From Planctomycetota bacterium (lineage in GTDB: Bacteria > Planctomycetota > UBA1135 > UBA2386): DNA of 64,000 nucleotides. The DNA lies in contig OZ245006.1 of the NCBI GenBank assembly GCA_965223545.1, positions 1 through 64,000 on the forward strand, given 5' to 3'. Below are positions 37,521 to 48,900 of this stretch, one piece after another (the stretch's first letter is position 1; every line of letters begins with the position of its first letter). The position numbers were made by a program, and so were the translations under genes. The notes beneath the pieces are model-generated. The model ran no database searches, was not told the DNA's origin, and saw only the letters and a list, made by a program, of their open reading frames with translations.

Positions 37521-38627
37521 CTACGCGTCGCCGTCGGGCGTGATCAACGCCTTGACGGCGGAGCCATCGCCGACCGCGGCCATCGCCTCGGCGGCGCGGT
37601 CGAGGCGAAAGCGCTGCAGCGGCACCTTGCTCCACGCCTGGCCCAGATCGGGATGCGCGGTGATCTCGATGGCGCGGTGGAAGTGCGAGAAGTCGGAGCC
37701 CCACGACGCACGCACCTCGAGATGCTTGGCGTTGAGATCCGAATGCGGATTGAAGCGCGCCTCGCCGCGGTCGGTGTACTGCCCGACGACGACCAGACGG
37801 CCGGCGTCGCGCGCCGCGCGCAGGCCGGTGACGACGGCATCGGGTGCGCCCGATGCCTCGATCACCACGTCGGCGCCCCGACCGTCCGTGTGCGCGCGCA
37901 CCCATTCGAGCAGATCGCTGAGCTCGCGCTCGCGGAAGTCGATGGTGGCATCGGCGCCGACGGCGCGGGCGACCTCCAGCCGCGCACTCGGCGCGCCGAC
38001 GACCAGGACCGTGCCGGCGCCGCGCACGCGCGCGAGCGCGGCCAGGGACAGCCCGACCGGACCCGCGCCGAGGATCAGCACGCTGTCCGCGATGCCGATC
38101 TCCGCGCGCTCGATGGCGTGGATCGCCGTCGGCAAACCGCAGCCACCGGCCATGAACCGCTGCGGGTCGGCGTCGCCGAGCGGAAGCACACGGGTTCCGG
38201 GGCGCAGGTAGACCGCTTCGGCCCAGCCACCGGCGAGGCCATCGTCGGCGCCGTAGGTGATGCCGTACACCCGCCGCGACGGGCAACGCGTGCTGGCCTT
38301 GGCGACCGCGCAGTACCAGCAGACGTTGCAGGTGCGATGGACGTCGAGGAACGTCACCCTATCGCCTTCCTGCACCGCGGTGCCGTCCACCGTCCGCATG
38401 CTGCCGCGCAGCTTCTCGATCCGGCCCACGGTCACGTGGCCGGGGATCAACGGGTAGGGGACTCCCGCCAGCAGGCCGTCGCGCAGATGCAGGTCGGTGC
38501 CACACACCTCGCTGCTGAGCACGCGCAGCAGTGCCGAGTCCGGCTCCAGGGCCGGTACCCGCATCTCGCGCAGCTCGACCTCGCGGCCGGGCGCGGGGAT
38601 CACCGCAGCACGCACGGTGTCACTCAT
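37521..38627 (-). CDS. Zinc-binding alcohol dehydrogenase (MDR family)
   Basis: VCGTDLH, PGH, CxxCxxC...C, GAGPVG, GADVVIEASG. Confidence 0.92.
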   Translation of the reverse strand: MSDTVRAAVIPAPGREVELREMRVPALEPDSALLRVLSSEVCGTDLHLRDGLLAGVPYPLIPGHVTVGRIEKLRGSMRTVDGTAVQEGDRVTFLDVHRTCNVCWYCAVAKASTRCPSRRVYGITYGADDGLAGGWAEAVYLRPGTRVLPLGDADPQRFMAGGCGLPTAIHAIERAEIGIADSVLILGAGPVGLSLAALARVRGAGTVLVVGAPSARLEVARAVGADATIDFRERELSDLLEWVRAHTDGRGADVVIEASGAPDAVVTGLRAARDAGRLVVVGQYTDRGEARFNPHSDLNAKHLEVRASWGSDFSHFHRAIEITAHPDLGQAWSKVPLQRFRLDRAAEAMAAVGDGSAVKALITPDGDA

Positions 38628-39142
38628 CGTGGACTCCTGGCAAACAGCGTCGCGCCCTGGTCTTCGTGCTCCAACAGCCATTGCTTGGTCGGCAGGCCGC
38701 CGCCGAAGCCGGTCAGCCGGCCGTCCGCACCGACCACGCGATGGCACGGAATGACGATGGCGATCGGGTTGGCGTGGTTGGCGGCGCCCACCGCACGCGC
38801 CGCGCCGGGCCGACCGATGCTGGCGGCGATTGCGCCGTAGCTGCGCGTCTCGCCGTACGGAATCCGTTGCAATGCGCGCCACACCTGCCGCTGGAACGGC
38901 GTTCCCTCCGGCGCGAGTGCAAGCTCGAACCCGCGCCGGTCGCCCGACAGGTACTCCCGCAGTTGGCGCTCTGCCGGCGCGGTGCGCGCGGGATCCGAGT
39001 CCAGCGACGCGCGCTCGGCGAGCGCGCTCTCGGCGGCGGGCGGGTCGAACGCGAGCCGGACCAGGGCACCGGCGGGGTCGACGGCCAGCAGTATCGGCCC
39101 GAACGGGCATCGCACCCTGCGCGTGAACAGGCGATCTCTCAC
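38624..39142 (-). CDS. ogt: Methylated-DNA-protein-cysteine S-methyltransferase
   Basis: GTPFQRQVW, IPYGETRSY, RAVGAA, IPCHRVV. Confidence 0.93.
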   Translation of the reverse strand: MRDRLFTRRVRCPFGPILLAVDPAGALVRLAFDPPAAESALAERASLDSDPARTAPAERQLREYLSGDRRGFELALAPEGTPFQRQVWRALQRIPYGETRSYGAIAASIGRPGAARAVGAANHANPIAIVIPCHRVVGADGRLTGFGGGLPTKQWLLEHEDQGATLFARSPR

Positions 39143-39489
39143 CACAGCTCCGCCAGGCGTTCGGGGGGGCGGGCGATGACGGCGCGCGCGCCGCGCTGGA
39201 CGATCGGTCGCTCCAACAACTCGGGGTGCGCGACGAGCGCCGCGATGCGGCGGTCGCGATCGGCGTCGGCGAGGCCCAGCTCCGCGGCCAGCGGCGCCTT
39301 GTAGCGCACGATCGAGCGGGCCTCTGCATCGCCGAGCGCGGTGCAGAGCGCGCCGAGCTCGCCGGCGTCGAGCGGTGCCGCGAGGTAGTCGCGGACGCGG
39401 TGCGGAATCGCCCGTTCGCGCAACAGTTGCGCGGCAGCGCGCGACTTGGAGCAGGCCGGGTTGGCGTAGAGCGTGACGTCGGACTCCAT
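39139..39489 (-). CDS. ArsC family reductase
   Basis: YANPACSKSR, HP.LLERPIV, IARPPE. Confidence 0.88.
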   Translation of the reverse strand: MESDVTLYANPACSKSRAAAQLLRERAIPHRVRDYLAAPLDAGELGALCTALGDAEARSIVRYKAPLAAELGLADADRDRRIAALVAHPELLERPIVQRGARAVIARPPERLAELW

Positions 39490-39568
39490 CGCCGCTGATG
39501 TTACCGGCCGGACCAGCCCGCCCGCAGCGGTTTCGCCGCCGCCGCCCATCACGCGGTATGGTCTCGGC

Positions 39569-40723
39569 GTGCCGCGCCCCGCAACTTTCTTCGCCACTTG
39601 TGCCCCCGGCGTCGAGCCGTTCCTCCACCGCGAGCTCCGCGCCCTGCGCGTCGGCAAGCTCGAACGCCAGGTCGGTGGCGTGCGGTTCGCGGGCAGCATG
39701 GAGGATGCCTGGCGCGCCAACCTGTGGTTGCGCACCGCGATCCGCGTCCTGCTGCGCCTGGGGAGGTTCGCCGCCCCCGACAGCGACGCGCTCTACCGGG
39801 GCATTCGGCAGATCGATTGGCACCAGTGGCTGCGTCCGGACGGCGCCTTGCTGGTCGACGCGCAGGCGAGGGACTCGGCGCTCGACCACTCGCAGTTCGT
39901 CGCGCAGCGGACCAAGGACGCGATCGTCGACCAGCTGCGCGCGCGGGCCGGAGTGCGGCCGTCGGTCGACAAGGAGCGGCCCGATGTGCGCGTCCACGTC
40001 CACCTGTTCCGCGACCGCGCCACCGTGTCGCTGGACACCTCCGGGGATTCGCTGCACAAGCGCGGCTGGCGCCGTTACCAGGGCTTCGCGCCGCTGTCGG
40101 AGACCGGAGCAGCGGCGTTGCTGATGATGGCGGACTGGGATCTGCGCTCCCCCTTGCTCGACCCGTTCTGCGGCTCCGGCACGATCCTCGTCGAGGCCGC
40201 CGCGATGGCCGCCAACGCCCCTCCGGGGATGCACCGCGGGTTCGCGTTCGAGCGCTGGGTCGATCACGATGCGAAGCGCTACGCGGCGCTGAAGAAAGCC
40301 GCGCTGGCCATGCGCCGGCCGCTGGGCAAGTGCGTGCTGCGCGGTGCCGACCTCGATTGGCGGCACGTCGAGGGCGCGCAGCAGAACATCGCCGCCGCCG
40401 GTTTCGAGGGAGCCATCGAGATCGGCCGCGCCGAGGCGCGCACCTTGGCGCCCCGCCGCGGCTGGAACGCGTGGATCGTCACCAACCCGCCGTTCGGGGA
40501 GCGGGTCTCCGATCGCGAGCGCGTCGGCGCCCTGTACCGCTCGTTCGGTCGGGTGTTGCGGCAGCGCTGCGCCGACTACTGGGTCGGCATCCTCGCCAGC
40601 CGCGACGTACTGCTCGACGCACTCGAGCTGCCGAACGCCACCCGTCACACGATCCTGCATGGCGGATTGGATTGCCGGGTGCTCTGCGGGCGGGTGCCGC
40701 AGAGCGAAGCCGCCGGCTCGTAG
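39569..40723 (+). CDS. THUMP-domain RNA methyltransferase (RlmL-like)
   Basis: FATCAPG.E, SLDTSG.SLHKRG, DPFCGSGT, NPPF. Confidence 0.9.
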   Translation: MPRPATFFATCAPGVEPFLHRELRALRVGKLERQVGGVRFAGSMEDAWRANLWLRTAIRVLLRLGRFAAPDSDALYRGIRQIDWHQWLRPDGALLVDAQARDSALDHSQFVAQRTKDAIVDQLRARAGVRPSVDKERPDVRVHVHLFRDRATVSLDTSGDSLHKRGWRRYQGFAPLSETGAAALLMMADWDLRSPLLDPFCGSGTILVEAAAMAANAPPGMHRGFAFERWVDHDAKRYAALKKAALAMRRPLGKCVLRGADLDWRHVEGAQQNIAAAGFEGAIEIGRAEARTLAPRRGWNAWIVTNPPFGERVSDRERVGALYRSFGRVLRQRCADYWVGILASRDVLLDALELPNATRHTILHGGLDCRVLCGRVPQSEAAGS

Positions 40724-40863
40724 GGCGACTGCGTCGGGGCGCGCGTCGTCTCGTTTTGACGCCGATGCGGTGGCCCGGACGGGGAGTCCTGTTGCACTCC
40801 TGTGCGGCGACCGCGGCCACCCGTCGATCAGCCTCACATCGGAACATGGAGGGAGGTTCGAGA

Positions 40864-41532
40864 ATGAGACGGGATTCTGCCGGGTTCACCTTGATTGAGC
40901 TCGTGATCGTGACGGTCGTGCTGGTGGTGCTGGCGAGCATCGCGGTACCGAGTCTGGTGCGCGGCCGCGCGACCGCCAATGAGTCGGCGGTGGTGGCGAC
41001 GATGCGGACCATCGCGAACGTGCAGTTCCAGGCCAAGGCCATGGAGCTCATCGACATGGACGGCGATGGCCAGTTCGAGTATCCGGGGTTGATGGAGGCC
41101 GCCGGTGTCGTGCCGTTGCGCGGCACCGGCGAGCGCCTGTCCCCGCCACTGCTGAGCGCGGCGTTCTCCAGCGTCGACGCCCAGGGCCGCTTGTTGCGGC
41201 ACGGCTACTACTTCGCGCTGCACCTGCCGGACGCGGCCGGGGTCGGTCTGCGCGAGACCGCCGCCAACCGCGCCTCGATCGAGCCGCTGCTGGCGGGTTC
41301 GTACTGGACCTGCCTGGCGTGGCCGTTCGACCGCCGCAGCACGGGCAAGCTCACCTACTTCGTCAACCAACACGGGGAAGTGCTGCGCACCTCGGACGGC
41401 GGTTACAGCGGCAACCTGGCGCCGCCGGCCGGCGCCGCCCTGCTGGGAGTGTCCGCCGACCGGATCGACAGCGAGCAGCTGGCGATCGGCACGGTGGGGG
41501 CCGACGGCAGCTTGTGGCGGCCTGTGCAGTAG
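40864..41532 (+). CDS. Prepilin-type N-terminal cleavage/methylation protein
   Basis: GFTLIEL..V..V..VLA.IAVP, then ANES. Confidence 0.88.
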   Translation: MRRDSAGFTLIELVIVTVVLVVLASIAVPSLVRGRATANESAVVATMRTIANVQFQAKAMELIDMDGDGQFEYPGLMEAAGVVPLRGTGERLSPPLLSAAFSSVDAQGRLLRHGYYFALHLPDAAGVGLRETAANRASIEPLLAGSYWTCLAWPFDRRSTGKLTYFVNQHGEVLRTSDGGYSGNLAPPAGAALLGVSADRIDSEQLAIGTVGADGSLWRPVQ

Positions 41533-41669
41533 CCCACAGGATGCGCGAAGCGCAGAATCAGGCGTGCCCCGGTGTCGCTGGCGGCACCCAACAGCCATCA
41601 TGATGGGGGCTTCCCACCATCAGCGATTCCGCGCGTGGCTGGGAGGTCCAATGACGGCGAGGTGCACCG

Positions 41670-42590
41670 ATGGCCAAGAGGAAGCGACGCGCAACGGCTG
41701 CCGTGGTCGTGCTGCTCGGAGTGGCACTGTGGTTCTTGATCGACCTGCCCGGCGTGCCGCGGGAGGGCGGTCCGGGCGCCGGCGCACCGGCGACCGGTGC
41801 CCCGGTGCGCGGCCAGCTAACCGCGCCCGCCCGCAGTACCGCCGAGCTCGCGTCCAACCCGGGTACCGGCACCGCAGCGGCCGATCCCGCCGTGGTGCCG
41901 CTGCCGAGCACCGACGGGCCTGGCGTCCTCGATGGGTTGTACGGCGCCCTGCACGTCATTCGCGGCGCCATCGAGCGCGGCAGTCCGGCGGCGGGCTTCG
42001 CCGCGGTTGAACGGGCGACCCACCCCGACCTCAGCGACTGGGGGCGGGCGCAGCTCGACGACGCCACGGTGCAGCTCCGGCAGATGGTCGAAGCACAGCT
42101 CGAGGCCGTCGCCGAGGGGTTGGGCGAAGGCTCGGTGTTGGCGGTCGCCGGTCGACTCCAGCGTCTGCGCACGCCGCCGCACCACGAGGTCGAGACCGCA
42201 GTCGCCGCCGCGTGGGCGCGGCACGGCTGGCCCCGGCTGGCGCCGAGGGATGGCGCGCTGCCGTTGAGAGCCGAGCCGCTCGCGGCCAACCAGCGGGTTC
42301 GGATTCGCCATCGCGGCGAGGTGCGCGAGGGGCGGGTGGCCGCCACCGCCAACTCCGGAGAAGTCACCGTCCGGATCCGGGATGCCGAACAGGTCCAGTT
42401 CGGCATCGCCCCCCGCGCGGCCATCGAGCCCATCGATGCCACCGTCGATCAGGCGCTGGCTCAGCTGCGCGCCGCGCACACTGCCGGCGACGCACTGCTC
42501 GCGGAGCTGTGGTTGGTGCGCGTTTGGTTGTCGGCGCCCGACGATCCACGCATCGAGGCGTGGACCGACGGTGCCGTGCGGCGCCCCTGA
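41670..42590 (+). CDS. Membrane-anchored hypothetical protein
   Basis: Basic N-terminus plus TM helix. Confidence 0.6.
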   Translation: MAKRKRRATAAVVVLLGVALWFLIDLPGVPREGGPGAGAPATGAPVRGQLTAPARSTAELASNPGTGTAAADPAVVPLPSTDGPGVLDGLYGALHVIRGAIERGSPAAGFAAVERATHPDLSDWGRAQLDDATVQLRQMVEAQLEAVAEGLGEGSVLAVAGRLQRLRTPPHHEVETAVAAAWARHGWPRLAPRDGALPLRAEPLAANQRVRIRHRGEVREGRVAATANSGEVTVRIRDAEQVQFGIAPRAAIEPIDATVDQALAQLRAAHTAGDALLAELWLVRVWLSAPDDPRIEAWTDGAVRRP

Positions 42591-42607
42591 GACGGGTCCG
42601 GCGTGGC

Positions 42608-44629
42608 CTACGCCGACCGAGGCGCGGCGGTCTCCGGCCGGCTGCCGACGACGAACAGCCAGAGGAGGAGCGCCCCGAGTCCGCCGACCAACGCCAAGGG
42701 CCACGCCGCCGGCGACCACAGCGCCATCGGCAGGTAGCCGAACAGCATGGCGACGGACATACCGAGTACGGCGTACGGCGCCTGGGTGCGGACGTGGTGC
42801 AAGTGGTCGCTGGCGGTGGCGACGGACGAAAGCACCGTGGTGTCACTGATCGGCGAGCAGTGGTCGCCGAAGATGCTGCCCTCGAGGACGGCGCCGATGC
42901 TGAGCAGCATGAGACCGACGCCGCCGATAGCCGCCGACTCGCCCACGGTGTGGGCGAGGACCACGACGTTCGGCAAGAGAATGGCCATCGTGCCGTACGA
43001 GGTCCCGGTCGAGAACGCGACCAGGGCCGCCAGCAGGAACAGCACGACCGGCAGCAACCACGCCGAGAACGCGCTCTGGAACGCCGCGGTCAAGTACTGC
43101 GCGGTGCCGAGGTCTTTGCACGTGTTGCCGATGGCCCAGGCCAAGACGAGGATGACGACCGCGAAGTACAGCGAGCTGAAAGAGCGGACCGCCGCGGCGG
43201 CGGTCTGCCGTGGGCGCAGCACTCCGCTGCCGATGGCCATCGCCGCGGCGACCAGCAGGGCGATGGCCGAAGAGTAGAGCAGCGCGCGCTCACTCTGCGC
43301 GTTGGCCAAGATGGCGCGCAGGTCATCGCCGAACGCTCCGCTCAAGGGGCCGCGATCGGGGTGGGTGTAGCCGAAGAACAGCATCAGCCCGAGCGCGCAC
43401 GAGACCAGCACGACGACCGGCACGAACGCGTTGCGGCCGCGAATCCGCGCGCCGCTGGGGGCCTCCAGCTCGGCCAGCCCCCGCGCCAGCATCGGCTTGG
43501 CGTCGTCCGCGGCCGGCTTGCCGTCGTGAACCGCGCGGCGCTCGGCGGCGAGCATCGGCCCGAACTCGCGGCGGGTCAGGATCGTCAACAGCACCAGCGC
43601 CAGCGTGAAGATGCAGTAGAAGCGGTACGGCAGGGTCTGCACGAACACCGAGAACGCGTCTCCCACGGTGTAGGCGACCTCCATCTCCACGCCGGTGACT
43701 GCGTCCCGCACGCGATGCGTGACCTCGGGCAGCTGGTCGCGGAACATCGAGATCTCGTAGGCGATCCAGGTCGACACGATCGAGATGCCGGCGATCGGCG
43801 CGGCGGTGGAGTCGACGATGTAGGCCAGCTTCTCGCGCGACACGCGATTGCGATCGCACAGGGGCCGCATGGTCGTGCCGGTGATGATGCAGTTGGAGTA
43901 GTCGTCGAAGAAGATAAGGATGCCGATGACGTAGCTGCACAGCTGCGTGCTGATCGGGCCGCGCGCGAACTTCCGCACCCATTCGACCATGCCTTGAATG
44001 CCGCCCGAACGCGCCATCACGCCGATCGCCATGAACAGCAGGATGACGAAGCCCATGATGCGCAGGTTGAAGCTCTGCAGCAGCACCCGGGCCCACAGGT
44101 TGTCGGTGACGAAGTACTGCACCCCGGCGAGTGCTCCACCCGTCGCCAGCCACGCCCCGACCAAGCAACCGAGCAGCAGCGAGGGGATGACCTTGCCGGT
44201 GAGGATCGCCAGGGCGATCGCGAGGAAGGCCGGGATCGTGCTGGTGCGATCGGGGTAGTAGCCCAGGCTGCCGTCGCGGGCGAGCGCGAGGCGTACCGGG
44301 GCTCCGCCCGCGCCGTCGCTCAGGCTGGCCGTGAAGCCGGCTTCGTCGACGTCGACATCGAGCCGGAGCGACTGCGTTGGCTCCACCTGCAGCTGGCGAG
44401 AGCGGGCCCACACCCGCACGGTGCGCTCGTAGTCCGCGGCGCGCGCCGCGGACTCGACGTCGGCGGCCAGCGGCGCGATCCGGCCGTCGACGACGAACTG
44501 CTGCAGCGCGGTGTCGTTGAGCCAGGCGCGGGTGCGCAGATAGGCGAGGTGGTCGTGGTCGACGTCGGGGATGGCGAAGTAGAGCGCGGCGAAAGCCGCG
44601 GCCAGCAGGTAGCGCAGTTTCCCGCCCAT
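42608..44629 (-). CDS. Na+/H+ antiporter NhaC-family protein
   Basis: IFFDDY, SREKLAYIVDSTAAP, GTSYGTM, FGDHCSPISDTT. Confidence 0.9.
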   Translation of the reverse strand: MGGKLRYLLAAAFAALYFAIPDVDHDHLAYLRTRAWLNDTALQQFVVDGRIAPLAADVESAARAADYERTVRVWARSRQLQVEPTQSLRLDVDVDEAGFTASLSDGAGGAPVRLALARDGSLGYYPDRTSTIPAFLAIALAILTGKVIPSLLLGCLVGAWLATGGALAGVQYFVTDNLWARVLLQSFNLRIMGFVILLFMAIGVMARSGGIQGMVEWVRKFARGPISTQLCSYVIGILIFFDDYSNCIITGTTMRPLCDRNRVSREKLAYIVDSTAAPIAGISIVSTWIAYEISMFRDQLPEVTHRVRDAVTGVEMEVAYTVGDAFSVFVQTLPYRFYCIFTLALVLLTILTRREFGPMLAAERRAVHDGKPAADDAKPMLARGLAELEAPSGARIRGRNAFVPVVVLVSCALGLMLFFGYTHPDRGPLSGAFGDDLRAILANAQSERALLYSSAIALLVAAAMAIGSGVLRPRQTAAAAVRSFSSLYFAVVILVLAWAIGNTCKDLGTAQYLTAAFQSAFSAWLLPVVLFLLAALVAFSTGTSYGTMAILLPNVVVLAHTVGESAAIGGVGLMLLSIGAVLEGSIFGDHCSPISDTTVLSSVATASDHLHHVRTQAPYAVLGMSVAMLFGYLPMALWSPAAWPLALVGGLGALLLWLFVVGSRPETAAPRSA

Positions 44630-44666
44630 CGCCTGCAGGCTACACTCCGCGTCCGGATTCGACCCG

Positions 44667-45188
44667 ATGTCACCGCTACAATTCGCGCTGTTCTTCGCCG
44701 CCTTGCTGACCGGCTACGTGCTGGTTCACCTCAGGCTGGTCCGGTTCGAAGGCTACCTCCGCGAGATCGGTGGCCTCCGCCTGCTCAACGAGCGGCTGCA
44801 GGGAGTCGCCGACTCGCTCAAGCGCGCCGCCGTGGACCGGCTCGAAGAGAAGGTCGAGAGCGTGCACAACGAGCTGTCCGACATCCGTGCCGTGCTCGAG
44901 CGCATGGAGCGCGCGCCGGGCGCGCGGGCTGTGCCGGAAACCGGCGGGCGGGTCGCCGCCGAGAGCGAGCAGGATCGCGTCCGCGCCGCGGTCGAGGCAC
45001 GCCTGTTGGCGCTCGGCTACTCCAATCTCAACATCATCAGCGACCTGAGTGGGATGTCGCTGGCGGAGCCCGCCGAGATCACGGTCGAGTGTGAGAAAGG
45101 CAAGATCGCGCACAAGGGCAAGGTTCTGCTGGGCAACGGTGGCATCCGCGACATCCGCCTGCAGAACGTGACCCAGTCGTTCCCTTAG
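44667..45188 (+). CDS. Membrane-anchored coiled-coil hypothetical protein
   Basis: N-terminal TM, heptad region, host-like codon bias. Confidence 0.7.
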   Translation: MSPLQFALFFAALLTGYVLVHLRLVRFEGYLREIGGLRLLNERLQGVADSLKRAAVDRLEEKVESVHNELSDIRAVLERMERAPGARAVPETGGRVAAESEQDRVRAAVEARLLALGYSNLNIISDLSGMSLAEPAEITVECEKGKIAHKGKVLLGNGGIRDIRLQNVTQSFP

Positions 45189-45220
45189 CAGGCCGGCCGC
45201 AGGTCGCCCTCCACGCGTGG

Positions 45221-45925
45221 TCAGCGCGAGGCGAGGTGCTCCGCCGCCCGCCGTGCACCGTCGCGCAGCACGGGCCAAGGTGCGTCCGGGTCGAGGCCGA
45301 AGTCGGTGCCGCAGTGGCGCTGCAGGGTGGCGATCACCATCTGCCGTTCGAGCGCCCACCGCTGCCGGTCGGGCAGCCCGTGCTCGCCGTGCTCCGCGGC
45401 GTACGGAGTGCCGGCGACGAGAACGGCGCAGAGCATCGGTTGAGCCTCTCGCCGTTCGCCGAGATCGAGCAGCGCACACGCGGCGGCAGCCCGGGTGGTT
45501 GCCGCCACCGTGCGGTCGGCCGCCGCGGCGCGCAGCGCAGGCGCGGCGTCGGCCGCGCCGATCCGGCCGAGCGAGAGCGCCGCTTCCGGGCCGAGCGGAG
45601 GCGCGCGCCGCAGGTGCGCGAGCAGCACTTCGGCGGCGGTCCGGTCGCCGAGCTCGCCGAGGGTGAAGAGCGCGGCTTGGCTACCCGGCGCCCCGGGCAG
45701 GGCTTGCAGCGCATCGGCCAACGCTGGTGCGTCTCCTTCGGCGAGGACGGCGCGCATCGCGTCGGGCCACTCGTCGGGACCGGCGAGCAGGAGTCGGCGC
45801 GCCGCCGCGGAGCCGTCACCGGCGTCCACCGTGACGCAGCTTGTGGCGAGCAAGAGGAGGACGAGGGCGCCTCCGCGCGGGCCGGATCCGGTGGCCGGTC
45901 GAGATCTCGAGGCAAGCGTGACCAT
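45221..45925 (-). CDS. HEAT-repeat putative lipoprotein
   Basis: LLLLATSC lipobox-like; AALFTLGELG and AALSLGRIG repeats. Confidence 0.65.
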   Translation of the reverse strand: MVTLASRSRPATGSGPRGGALVLLLLATSCVTVDAGDGSAAARRLLLAGPDEWPDAMRAVLAEGDAPALADALQALPGAPGSQAALFTLGELGDRTAAEVLLAHLRRAPPLGPEAALSLGRIGAADAAPALRAAAADRTVAATTRAAAACALLDLGERREAQPMLCAVLVAGTPYAAEHGEHGLPDRQRWALERQMVIATLQRHCGTDFGLDPDAPWPVLRDGARRAAEHLASR

Positions 45926-45966
45926 GCGGGCGCGCAGTATAGCCGCGCGCTGCCGGTGCTCGTCGG

Positions 45967-48900
45967 TCAGCGGCCGTTCTGCGACAGGGCGGTGTAGCCC
46001 TGTACTTTGCCGCTCTCGAAGGCGAGCACCAGACGACCACCGGCGTCGGCCGCGACCGGGGCCAGCAGCCGGCTGTCGCTGCGCAAGAGGTACTGCACCT
46101 GCAGCGTCGCGCCATCGAGCACGCGCACCACGCCCGACCGGTCGCCGACCAGCACGACCCCGCCCGGCCCGACGGCGGGTGGCGAGCAGTACAGCGGCTC
46201 GCTGGGTTGGAACGCGATCGGCTCACCGTCGCGCGCCGCCAGAGCGAGCAGGTTGCGGTCACTGGCAACCAACACGCGGTCCCCCGCGACGACTGGCGTC
46301 AGCGCGAGCTCGCCCAGGCCGCGGCGCTGCCAGACCACATCGCCGGAGCGCAGAGTGCGCACCTCGAGGGCGCCGTCATCGCAGACTGAGGCGATCAAAT
46401 GACCGTCGGTGTGTGGCGCGGCTGCCACCCGCGACGACGTCGGCGAGCGCCAGATGACGCGACCGTCGCGGACGCGGACGCAGTGCAATGCGCCATCGCG
46501 CGTGGCGACGACCGCATGGCCGTTGACCGCTGCAATGTCGAACTCGACCCCGGCGCCGAGGTCGAGGCGGAAACCCTCGATCCAGGCCTGGCCGCCGCCT
46601 CGGTTGAAGCCGACGAGCGCGCCGTGGTGGGTGGCGACCAACAACGTGCTGCCGACCTTGACCGGCGCCGCCTCGCAGGGCAGGTTTTCGACCTGATGGG
46701 CCAGCCGTCCGGTGCGGGCGTCGAACCACCGCAGCCGGCCGTCGAACGAGGCCACCGCGATCTGATCGCCGCACAGAGCGGGGGACGGCAGCAAGCCGTT
46801 CGGGTCGCCGGTGGGGAACTTCCACGCCACCACCCCCGAGGCGAGGTCGATGGCGGCGACGGTGCCGGCGCGATCGACGACGTAGGCACGCCCTCTCCCA
46901 TCGCACACCGGCGCGCGCTCGACGGCGCCCGCCATCTCGGTGCTCCAGTCGGCGACTTTGGCGAGCGCCAGGGCGACGCGGGCGGTATCACCGCCCTCGA
47001 AGCGCACCTCTTCGGGTTGGAACCCGTCGCGGTCGATCGACACGACGGTTTCGCCGTCGGGGACGTAGCTTCCCAAGACCGGTGTCTGGCCGATCGTTGT
47101 GCCGTTGATGCTGACCGTGGCCCCGGCGGGCGTGGTCTCGACGCGCAGCGGCAGCCGTACCAGCCGCTGCACCGGCAGAGTCGGTTCCATCTGCGCGAGG
47201 TCGGTGAGGCCGCTGACCGCCTGCGCGTGCGCGCCGGCCTCGGTCGCGGCCTGGATCGCGCGGAGCTGGGTCAGGATCGCCTCGTAGCGCTGTACGCGCC
47301 GGACGAACGTCTGCTTGAGCTCGTTGTTCTTCGGATACTCCCTGGCCAGCGTGCGGTACGCCTCGAGAGCAGCGGCGAAGTCGTAGTTGGCCTCGTGCTC
47401 GCGCGCCGCCAAGAAGACCGGCTGCAGCCGCTCCTCGACGGCGGCCTGCGACAGCGCCGTTTCGTAGGTCGAGCGCACGTTGCCGGCCGCATCGAACGCG
47501 CGCAGGACCGTCCGGCAGTCCTGCAGCAGCGCCAGGCGTTGTCCCTCGGTCAGCCACTCGCTGAGCAGCGCACCCTCGGCGGCGGCGAGAGCGCCTTGCG
47601 CGATCGCCCGGTCCATGTCCTGGAAGCGCTCGTCGATCTGGCGCAAGACCAGCCGGCGGCGTTCGGGCGAGTCGGTCGACTGCGCCGGCGGTGGCACCTG
47701 CTCGGGCAGACTCTTGGCGAGGATCTCGATCTGCTGGGGGAGTCGACTGAGGCGGCCGTTGGAGGCGTCGCGCACCAGCTGCTCGAACTCGGTGTTGAGC
47801 AACAGCTCGCGGTACAGCAGGACGGCGGCCTCGACGTCGCCGCGGGCGAGATGGTTGGCAGCGACCCCGAGGTCGCGCCGGATCGCGCCCTCCCGCGAGG
47901 AGCGCACGTCGCTGCTCTGCCGTTGCTGCTGCGCGAGAACGTCCCGCTCGAGCGCGAGCAGCTCCGGCCGGTCGCCGAACTCGGCGCGGGCGTTGGCGAT
48001 CAGCTGGGGCAAGCCGTCGGTCAGGCTGCGGTCGAGCTGCTCGCGCAGGGTGGCCAGCACGCCCTGGAAGTCGCGCTCGAACAACGTGCCGCTGAGCAGG
48101 CTGTGCCCGGCGAACAGCGTGCCGGCGACCACCGTGATGATCGCACCGACGCGCATCTTGCGCGCGCGCGCGCTGCTGCGCAGGGTCACCAACGCCTTGG
48201 CGATGTCGCGGCGCCGGCTGTCGAGCATCATGATCTGCTCGTAGACTTTGATCAGCTCTTCGCGCCGCTTGTCTTGCTTGAGGAACTCGGTCAGCCGGGT
48301 CAGCTCGATCACCGCCTCGGGGATGCGGTCGAGCTTCTGCAGGAGCTTCGCCTTGCGGCTCAGGATGGCCACCGGGTCGCCGCCGAGGTTCTCCAGCTGC
48401 TCGACCGCGCGTAGCGCGCGCTCCTCCTTGCCCTCCTGCAGCAGCGCCTCGATGAGGTCGGCGGTGACTTGGCGCGGCTCGTCGCCCTCGACGTTGCGAG
48501 CCAGCAGCATGTCGAGGAGGTACTGCAGGATGTCCGTCGAGCGCTTGTCGAGCCGGCACGCCTCGCGCGCCAGCTCCAGCGCCTCGTCGGGATCCTCATC
48601 CTGGGTGTCGGCGCTCTTGCGCCACAGGGTCTGCGCCGCCATCCGCGGCTCGGCGCAGCGCTCCATGGCGGCGGCCAGCTCGCGGGTGGTCACCAGATCG
48701 AGCTTCTCGCCGCGGTCGACGAGGGTGCGCAGCGTCACTACCGCGCGCCGGGTGTCGTTCCGCAGGCGCTGCATCTCGGCGACCGCCAGCAGCTCGTCGG
48801 GCCGGGCCAGCTCGACGAGGTTCCACTCGTTGAGATCCTTCAGGGTCCGCGCGCAGTCGAACAGCCCGAGCACGGTGTGGTCCGGCAGCTCGCGCACGCT

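Noticed and set aside
34354..39142. Dedicated alkylation-repair island (AlkA-like + Ogt)
   Set aside because: Opposite strands, separated by unrelated genes, no Ada-type regulator seen.
39598..40863. 644-aa ORF fused to the prepilin domain
   Set aside because: Upstream part is an off-frame shadow of the THUMP methyltransferase; the prepilin motif needs a start at 40864, which has a GGAGG RBS.
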